Assembly: GCA_018398765.1 (NCBI GenBank)
Contig: JAHBMJ010000312.1
Span: forward strand, 1 to 50,773
Reading direction: 5' to 3'
From: Chromera velia
Taxonomy: Eukaryota
DNA length: 50,773 nt
Positions within the stretch are counted from its first letter, which is position 1, and each line of letters begins with the position of its first letter. The translations under genes and the position numbers were made by a program. Shown here one piece after another: positions 42,028-50,773 of the stretch. The notes beneath the pieces were generated by a model that was not told where the DNA came from, searched no databases, and was given only the letters and a program-made list of their open reading frames with translations.

Positions 42028-45000
42028 ATGCTTCGGCGCGCCCTTCACGGGAGCAGAGCCGCAAGGCAGCTGCTTCCCGCCATCTCCTCCCAAATTTCCT
42101 CGTTTCGTGGTTTTGCAACAAAAGGGTACACGATCGTTGATCACCAGTTCGATGCCGTGGTTGTCGGGGCAGGGGGTGCAGGGCTCCGGGCTGCTGTGGG
42201 TTGCGTCGAGAAGGGATTGAAGACCGCGTGTATCAGTAAGCTGTTCCCCACCAGATCCCATACAGTGGCAGCACAGGGAGGAATCAACGCTGCACTTGCG
42301 AATATGACTGAGGATGACTGGACCTGGCACGCGTATGATACCGTGAAGGGTTCTGACTGGCTTGGTGATCAGGATGCGATCCAGCACATGTGCAGAGAAG
42401 CCCCGGCTGCTGTGCTGGAGCTGGAGGCCTACGGTTTGCCATTTTCTCGAACGAAGGATGGAAAGATTTACCAGAGGGCGTTCGGAGGACAGTCGTTGAA
42501 GTTTGGCAAGGGAGGTCAAGCTTACAGATGCGCTGCTGCTGCAGACAGAACAGGGCACGCGATGCTCCACACTCTGTACGGTGCTGCGCTGAAGCATGAC
42601 TGCCTCTTCTTTGTTGAGTACTTCGCTCTGGATCTGATCATGGACAGCAACGGGGCGTGCACAGGGGTGGTCGCGATGTGTATGGAGGACGGGTCCATCC
42701 ACAGGTCTGTCAAAAGGGTTCTTACAAGAAAATGCTTCCTCAGAGTGGGTGGAAAATGTTGGAAGTAACACTGTTGTCCTCGGCGTGCATTGACGAACGA
42801 AGGATTGCTGCAATGGAGAGGGTGGAAAGAAAAATCAATAGCGCGGGACAAAACGGAAGGGGTGGGACGGAAGGAGGCAGGGTGCAAAGTGAGCATTAGG
42901 GATTCAGAAAAAAGATATCCCAGACTTTCCCCGTGTAATTTTTGCGGAACTTTCTTCTTTCCCGACCTGCTACGCTTCAAGTGTTTTTCCTCTTCGATTT
43001 GTTGCTCTTCCGTCTTCCACGTGTCTTTTTCTTTGCTTCTGGTCTGTCCAGGTTCGCTTCCAATGCTACGATCCTCGCAACTGGCGGCTATGGGCGTGCG
43101 TACCAGTCCTGCACCTCCGCTCACACTTGCACAGGGGACGGTGGTGCAATGGTCACACGGGCGGGCCTGCCTCTTCAGGTTGGTCCTCCCTCCCTCCCTC
43201 CCTCCCTGAATTTTCTTTCTTTCTTTCGCATCCATCTGCCTGTCTGTGGCTCTCTCTCCATCTTGCTTGCTGATCACTTTGTAATGGTTTATTCTTCTAC
43301 AGATTTGCTGGCGTGCGGCCTGTCTGCCTGTACGTGACGGTACGTTCGTTTGTGTCTCGGTCTCTGTCCGCCCTGTTCTCTCTCATTCAGCCTGCCAACC
43401 TTCGCACACGAAAATCCTCACTGCTGCCAACAAAGACAGGTGTTCCTCCAGCACTTGAACTCCGTCCAGTCTCTTCCTAGTACGTGGGAAGGTGTGTGCG
43501 TCCATATGTCTGAATGCGTTTGTGCGTCCACGATATGTGTAAGTGTGAGTGAGTGTACGCGCGTGTGTCTGCACAAGTGCAAGTTTGTGTGTCACTGAAT
43601 GTGTGACTGACTGTGTGTGTGGTTGCAGGATTTGGAGTTCGTTCAGTTCCACCCCACAGGGATCTTCCCTGCCGGTTGTCTGATGACAGAGGGCTGCAGA
43701 GGGGAGGGAGGAATTCTGAAGAACGCAGAGGGAGAACCCTTCATGGCGAGGTCAGCCTGACGCACAGCGAAGAGAAAGGGGGGGGTGAGGGACCAAGCAC
43801 GATGGGGATCGCAAGTGGGTTTTTAGGAGTTGAATTAGAATCGCTATTCCTTTTTTGAAGCGCGACTCTCGCACGGGTTGTTCTGCGCTGGTCTCAAGCA
43901 TGTATGCAATTCAAAAACATGGTGGCTGCAGGTACGCCCCCACAGCGAAGGACCTTGCGTCTCGTGACGTTGTGTCCCGTTCGATGACTATCGAGATCAG
44001 AGAGGGGAGAGGGTGCGGACCCGAGAAGGATCATTGCCACCTGGACCTCTCGCATCTGCCTCCCGAGACTCTGCACGAGCGTCTGCCCGGCATCTCGGAG
44101 ACTGCAAAGATCTTCGCAGGCGTCGATGTCACCAAAGAGCCCATCCCCGTGCTTCCCACTGTCCACTACAACATGGGAGGGATCCCCACGAACTGGAAGT
44201 CTCAGGTCGGTGCATGCATTTACTTTCATACAGAATTCTTTTGTATGAAAGTAAATGTATGAAAGTAGATACATGGGAGGGATCCCCACAAACTGGAAGT
44301 CTCAGGTCGGTCGGTCGGTTTGTCTGCCTGCAGGGGCAGGACTGCATGTGCCTTTTGATTGATTGACTGATTCCTTGCTTAGATTAGGAGAAAGACAAAC
44401 AGAAAGACGGACAGAATCGCTACAAAAAGGAAAGCCGTCGAGTGATTGTGAACGACGCTGTGGAAAGTTGACGACAACTCTCTTTTTCCTCTTTCACTTC
44501 CAAGAAGTTTCCGTTTGGTTGAATTATTCAGTGTTGTCTGCATGCCTCTCTAAAAGAATCAAATCCAAATAGACCGGAAAACGGAGAATATCCGATTCAG
44601 TGAAATGTGAAAGATTCGAAAAGGACATGCTTTCTTGATAAATTGACGATTGGATGATGAATCGATGGATGGATGTGCAGGTGTTGAACCACAAGAACGG
44701 AAAGGACGAGATCGTTCCGGGACTTCTGGCAGCTGGAGAGGCGGCATGTGCCTCCGTTCATGGAGCCAACCGTCTCGGTGGGTTGGTTGGTCACGCTATT
44801 TTGGCCTCTGTGTTTTCCTTGACGTCGCACCTGCACGCAGACTTTCGTTCTCCGCTTCCTTCCCTCTGCCCTTCGTTGAGGTTGTGAAACAAATATCAGA
44901 GAACGAAATCCGACCTCACTCTTGTCCGCCAGCCCTTTTTTTTTGTCCTCGCTTCTTCTCGTGCTCTCGTCTTGCAGTCGCAACTCAATCGTTTTTGTTC

Positions 45001-46803
45001 TCGTGTCGGTCTCCTTGACTACGGGATTCTGCTTGTGCCACTTTTTGTCTGTCCTCTTCTGTTTTGTTTCACCCTCCTTTTTCTTTTTCCTGTCTTTTTT
45101 GTTGCAGGTGCGAACTCCCTTCTGGATATTGTCGTCTTCGGCAGACAGGCAGCAGACACAGTAGGCACCCTCGTGAAGCCGGGGGGGAAGAAACCGTCCT
45201 TCCCTCCAGGGGCGGGAGACGAGGCCATCGCCAGACTCGATAAGATCCGTCACGCATCAGGCCCACAGTCCACTTCACAACTGCGAACGAAAATGCAGAA
45301 GGTGGGTAGGTGGCGTGCTTCGATTCGATTTTCATTCAGGGCAACGTCCAGTCCCACAAAGATCGGCAAGATTAGGCTTATTCAGCTGGACGGAAAGGGG
45401 GGAGGGAAGTAGCCATGGGAAATAATTGATGGGGGACTTTCCCCCCCCAAGCGCACTTTCTTCGTCTGTATGGAGCTTTCCTTTGGCCAAACTGTTCGCT
45501 CGCTGGCCAACTGGTGCAACTCAGTTGATGGACGCGCCTCTACTTGCCTGCACTCCTAGATGGTCTGCCAGGCCTTTACTTTCATACAGAATTCTGTATG
45601 CATTCACTCCTAGATGGTCTGCCAGGCCACCCCCAGCCTTCCTATTCCGAACCTTGCTTGGCTTGGTTTTCAGTTTTTTTTTGCGTGACACCGATTGCTC
45701 TGCAGGTGATGCAAAACCACGCGGCTGTGTTCAGAACAGGTGACTCATTGAAGGAGGGCGTGGTGAAGATGGAGCAGATCATGAAGGAATCAAAGGTCAG
45801 TCAGTCAGTCAGTTCGTCAGAGAGACAGGCGGATAGAGGGACTGATGGATGCGTGCGTAGATGGTCTAAGAGAGGAATGTCGAAAAATCGAGCTGGATGA
45901 AAATTGGTACCCCCCTCCCCTGCCTGGCATACCTCAATCATTTCTGTCTTCGTTCCCTTTTTTGTTGCCCTCTATTTGCTAGTCGCTTTGCGCTGTGTCT
46001 GTTTGATGTTGTCTCCCTTTATCTCTTTGTGTATGTTTCCCACATCCCCCAGAAATGCTTTGATCTCGTTGATGAAGACTGTCCTGAAGAACGGACGGAA
46101 GAGTTGTGTTTTTTCATGGCGCATCTACGCGCAAACATGCATTCCCATGCAAATATTTTGCACACCTATTCATGCAGGACATCGGCGTCAAGGACCGCAC
46201 TCTGGTATGGAACACTGACCTGATTGAGGCCCTTGAATTCGAAAATCTCTGCACCCAGGCGGCTCAGACGATGCTGTCGGCAGAGGCCCGTAAGGAGAGC
46301 AGAGGGGCACACGCTCGGGAGGACTTCTCGGAGCGGGACGATGAGACCTGGATGAAGCACACACTCAGCTACATGGACGGCAGGTCGGCATGAATGAAGA
46401 AAGATTGTATGGGATTTGTACCCGGAGAGGTATTTGAGACTGTTAGTAAGACACGAAATCCCCTACTGTTCGTTCTCGTCGGTCTCCTGCGTAGGTGTAT
46501 TTACTGCCTGCATGTTCTTCTTCTTCGTGTATCTGTAAGCTTTGCAGAAGTCTTCGTATTTGTTCGGGCGCTTCGAGGAGCACAGAATGCATTTTTTCGC
46601 GCATTGAAAGACTTTTAGATGTACTCCATAAATGTACTTCGGAACTTGATCGGCTTGTACACTGACAGATGTAACCGTTTGGATGGATGGATACATGCAG
46701 GTACTGCGAGACCGGCAAGGTGCGTCTCGACTACCGGCCTGTGATCTCGAAGCCTCTCGACAAGGAGATGCCCGAGATCCCTCCCGCCAGGCGCGTGTAT
46801 TAA
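42028..46803 (+). CDS. SDHA: Mitochondrial succinate dehydrogenase flavoprotein (exons 42028-42704, 43052-43178, 43629-43750, 43932-44205, 44681-44777, 45108-45301, 45706-45795, 46178-46383, 46701-46803)
   Basis: Mitochondrial presequence. Motifs [22 protein letters not shown] (FAD-His), [49 protein letters not shown] and C-terminal PPARRVY. Confidence 0.98.
44212..44270. mobile_element. 59-bp palindromic insert flanked by a 41-bp direct repeat
   Basis: DR 44171-44211 / 44271-44311 (1 mismatch). Insert arms CATGCATTTACTTTCATACA / TGTATGAAAGTAAATGTATG. Confidence 0.7.
45575..45604. mobile_element. 30-bp palindromic insert (same family) flanked by a perfect 24-bp direct repeat
   Basis: DR CACTCCTAGATGGTCTGCCAGGCC at 45551-45574 / 45605-45628. 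The insert TTTACTTTCATACAGAATTCTGTATGCATT shares 21 bp exactly with 44219-44239. Confidence 0.7.
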
Positions 46804-47829
46804 TCCAAACAAACTATTTAACAAATGCGTTTCGTGTACTGGTTGAGGAAGCTCACCAACTTGTGGCTGCATGTTATGTACCATCAGCTGAGTGGGATGG
46901 ATGCGCCATGATTGTGCAAGGTGTGCATACTTGTGAAGAGAGAGGCAATTGAAGAATCAGGTGGTGGTCAGCCAACAGGCAGGAAGAGAAAGAAAGAGCT
47001 TGACAGAGGCATGCAGGTGGTTTGTTCGTTTCGCTGTTTACAGAGCAGTGCAGTGAAATCGGGGGGTGAAGGTCTCACTAGCCGGTGTCGATGGTGGTTC
47101 AACGGGCCCGTTGATTGGTTGGTTGGTTGGTTGGTTGGTTAGGAAGAGATTGTCTTCTCTGTTGAAGACTGAGGGAAAGAAAAGTAGAGGAGAGGAAGTT
47201 GTCATCATTCATTCACGTTCCTTCGATCGAAGGCGATCGAACATGCCGTGAGTGAGTGGATGACCGGTCGGTTGGTCGTTTTGTTCGTCGTGCCTCTCTC
47301 TCTGTGCGGGGGGGGAGGTAGGAGACGGCGGTCTCATTTGAACGTGCTGCTGGGACAAGCTTGTCTCTTGGTGAAAATGCTGAGTGAATAAAGAAGTGGA
47401 AGTGAGAAAATAGCCTCATTTCTGCGCTTTCCTCCGGCTCTCTCTGTTTTGGGTTGTACAACGAGAGGGCAAGGATCAGGAGACTTCCATTTGCCTCCCC
47501 GACATCTCCTTTCTCACAAAGGGCGTGAGGTCGGTCAGTGAGATTCAAGATCGAGAGATGGAGTGCTTCAAGGGATCTGACAGGGAGAGGAAGACAACGA
47601 GAAGGAACGGGAGGTGCTTCGAGTCTTCCCCACCGGGGTGGCTCAAGGTAAGGTGGCACGGAGGGGGGGAGGAGTGTAATCAAGAGAGAGAGGGGGCATG
47701 ATGAGGTTGGAGACCGGCCCGTTCTCTGTGTCTCCCTTTCTCTCTCTGTCCGTCTGTGTCCCTCTGTCCATGATAATTCATGTGTGTTTCACTCTTTCGT
47801 GGACAGTTGTGGAGAGAGTAAACATATCA

Positions 47830-49335
47830 AACTCTTGGATGGAGGTAGCATAGATGGATCGAGCTGCTATAGACTATAGTCATCGTTTGTTAGTGCTTTC
47901 AGTGGGGAACTTCTTGATTTCTTCTTACCCAGCTTGTTATCGAGTCGTAATATAGACACTCACTCTTTTTGCTAGTTTTCCTATAGTGATTTAAATAGTG
48001 AAGTCTAGAGTGAAGCACTGACATCTTTTTAACATAATTAACTGTTTTATTTAGGTTTTTAAAAGTTTTCCTAGAAGTTTCCTTGATATTAGCTATTATG
48101 TCAGCTATTATTATTATTATTTTTTATTTTTTTTAGAAAAAATATTTTGAATTGTAGTTTGCATATATGCATAATGATCGACTTCACGTTTTTCTAACTA
48201 GTTCAGTTGAATCACTTCTTCCGTTAAGCCCAGTCGCCGTCCTCCTCCGGCCCCTGGACAGCCGCCAAGCCCCCTGCTGTCTCGAGCGACATCGCCCTCC
48301 TCTTTGCTGTACAACGTTTTCTTCTTGCTCTCCTGATGTATTATCAGGTTTGTATATTAGGTTTGTAGTGACTTTGTACATGCAGTGCAGTAAATTAATT
48401 GCCTCTGTAGATTGTGACTTAGAAGTAAGACTAAGTAGCGAATACTCTAGTGAATACTTTATAAAGAAATAGGCCGCTTACTACGCCAGTTATCGGAACC
48501 TCTAGCGGAATCCTGAAATCATACCCGGATGTATCAGTAATGATACGAGAATGCACCTTCTCACTACCAGAGTAATTCAGTGAAATTACTTAAAATTGTT
48601 GAAATATAAACGTTTTTGAATGAATGAATGAATAAATGAGTTAGGTTAAAGCCCTAGTTAAAGCCGGTGAGCCACCACTTCGGCTCTGGCTAACCCAGCA
48701 TGCCATGTAAAAAATCGTTACTCAACCTAGGTTCCATGGGGCATTTAAAAGCTTGCAAGACTAGGTGCCCCCTTCGCTTTAATCTTAAGCACACACGCCG
48801 GACAGAGGTACTCAAACTTCGAAAAAGACGCTCTAGACAAAACTGTACGATTGTTAATTGCTGGGCTACCCTATAAAACTTTTACCAAATATGAGTAAAT
48901 ATGAGTAAATATTGTAATATTTTTAAAATATGACACAAATATGAGTAAAATACGAACATTTTTTTTTTTGTGAACTATAAAGCGTAAAGAGCCCAAAAGT
49001 GGTTTATATGGTTCAGTTTTGATCAGAAAACACGTTTAGCTACCCAGATTGGCCGTATACAATATAAAAAAATTTTTAGAGCCCAATGAATTTTTTAGTG
49101 AATCAACTCGTGAATGTCTATTCACTATTTTTTTCTTAAATAATTTTTTATGACTAAATTATGACTAAATATGACTGAATTTAAAATATTTTTTAAAACA
49201 TATTTTTAGATAAAAGATGCCAAATGAGTCTGTTAACGACCATCTCCAACCAGAGAAGTATTTTATTTTTTTTTAAAAATGGCATACTCCTTATATATGC
49301 AAACATATAAATATATGAAAAAATATATGTATATA
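47830..49335. other. AT-rich island with decayed repeats, including an inverted (TTCA)n-tailed fragment at 48617-48707 and AAATATGAGT/ATGACTAAAT repeats
   Basis: Composition switch, short repeats at 48888-48955 and 49150-49180, no credible ORF. Confidence 0.5.
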
Positions 49336-50773
49336 TTGGGCCTGCCCGTCGACGACGACGTCGCGACCAGGACCGGGGCGCGCGCGTGAGCATGACCCGC
49401 AGATGCCAGGGCCCGCTGCATGCAGCGTTCTATGCAGCGTGTACAGTGAAAGACCCCGGCATGCATGCATGATCCACACCACAAAGGCCACTCATGCAGA
49501 CAAAGATATGTGCAGACGTACAGATGAAAGAACTGTGTCACAGAGTGTTGGTGCTTTTGTGTCAATCCACTAGGACAGGGCAAACGGACAGTAGGATCGT
49601 CTTTCTATAGTGCTGTCTCTTCGTTTTGTGCTGCCTAGTAGGAGCTTCAGAAGCGACCGCATCGACCAGGATGTCAACATGTGCGAACTGAGATTTGGAA
49701 AGGTCAGTCACAACTGAGGTTATGGATGGATGAAGTGAGTGAGGGATCGATGGATGCATGCATAGAATGATGGAGTGAAGAGGGATGGATGAGTGGATGG
49801 AGTGAGAGAGTGGCTGAGGGATGGATGGATGGATGGATGGATGGATGGAGTGATAGATGCCATTGGATGGATAAATCGATGGATGGAGTGAGTGAGGGAT
49901 GGATGGATGGAGTGATGAAGTGAGGAGGGATGGATGGAGTGATGGAGTGATGAGGGATGGATGGAGTGATGGAGTGATGAGGGATGGATGGATGGGTGGA
50001 TGGAGTGAGGGAGTGACTGAGGGATGGATGGATGGATGGATGGATGGAGTGAGTGAGGGATGAATAGGTGGAGTGATCGAGTGAGGAGGGATGGATGGAG
50101 TGATGGAGTGATGAGGGATGGATGGATGGAGTGAGTGAGGGATCGATGGATGCATGCATAGAATGATGGAGTGAAGAGGGATGGATGAGTGGATGGAGTG
50201 AGAGAGTGGCTGAGGGATGGATGGATGGATGGATGGATGGATGGAGTGAGAGAGTGACTGAGTGATGAATGGATGGATGGATGGATGGATGGATGGAGTG
50301 ATGGATGCCATTGGATGGATAAATCGATGGATGGAGTGAGTGAGGGATGGATGGATGGAGTGATGAAGTGAGGAGGGATGGATGGAGTGATGGAGTGATG
50401 AGGGATGGATGGAATGATGGAGTGATGAGGGATGGATGGATGGGTGGATGGAGTGAGGGAGTGACTGAGGGATGGATGGATGGATAGATGGAGTGACTGT
50501 TTTCAGAGCCTCCGTTTTTTTTTTTTTTTCACACGTCTATATCTCTTACGCTATCCCCTCTTTGTCTGCTCCCACCCCCTCCTTTTTTTGCTTGTTTTTG
50601 CTACCTGATGACGCAGCTGTTTGTCTATAAAGGTTGGCCAGGTTTGTACCTTCATTTTTTTTTTCTCTTTGCAGGTGGGCCAAGGTAAAGCCTACAGACG
50701 CAGGTGTGGAGAAAACACACAAGATGATCAGTCTCCTCAACGAGGCCCTAGAAGTCGTCTTCGGTGATTTATC
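49336..50773 (+). other. Possible 5' part of a further gene running off the window
   Basis: GC/TGCATGCA-rich promoter-like block (49336-49500), donor AG|GTCAGT at 49702 and a strong acceptor at 50674 followed by an open frame (WAKVKPTD...VVFGDL). I could not join the frames without a stop. Confidence 0.25.
49720..50500. repeat. Complex (GGAT/GAGT)n satellite with a higher-order ~400-450 bp duplication
   Basis: GAGGGATCGATGGATGCATGCATAGAATGA at 49741 and 50137; ATGCCATTGGATGGATAAATCG at 49857 and 50305. Confidence 0.9.

Noticed and set aside
47213..47683. 156-aa ORF with one LRR-like word (RSLEALHLS)
   Set aside because: A single weak motif is insufficient to call a gene or fragment.

Overview
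Eukaryotic, intron-rich DNA, most likely from a chromerid alveolate such as Chromera velia. This is inferred from a plastid-targeted phytoene desaturase with a bipartite leader, a de novo purine gene, TGCATGCA motifs and GTCAGT-type donors. I hand-spliced eight genes, arranged as four head-to-head pairs: (1) an LRR-like pseudogene with an ankyrin-HET(TIR-like)-ankyrin gene; (2) ADE2 (PurK-PurE) with a hypothetical protein; (3) PDS with a HAD-like protein; (4) an unannotated secreted micro-exon gene with SDHA. AT-rich, repeat-derived islands bound each pair. They hold three MITEs with exact 8-bp TSDs and one TIR element with a TAAA TSD. Highlights: (a) a gene the ORF track does not reveal as a gene (36317-41133, minus), with a signal peptide and six 33-nt phase-1 micro-exons, each encoding one 11-aa repeat, resembling Schistosoma micro-exon genes; (b) a DARPin-like variable ankyrin array fused to a HET/TIR-like domain, with a second, disabled array; (c) a tiny palindromic insert and microsatellite inserts flanked by 24-41 bp direct repeats, three of which duplicate an exon/5' splice junction; (d) almost purely transition divergence between repeat copies in the islands (RIP-like). 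All models are manual; no database searches were run.
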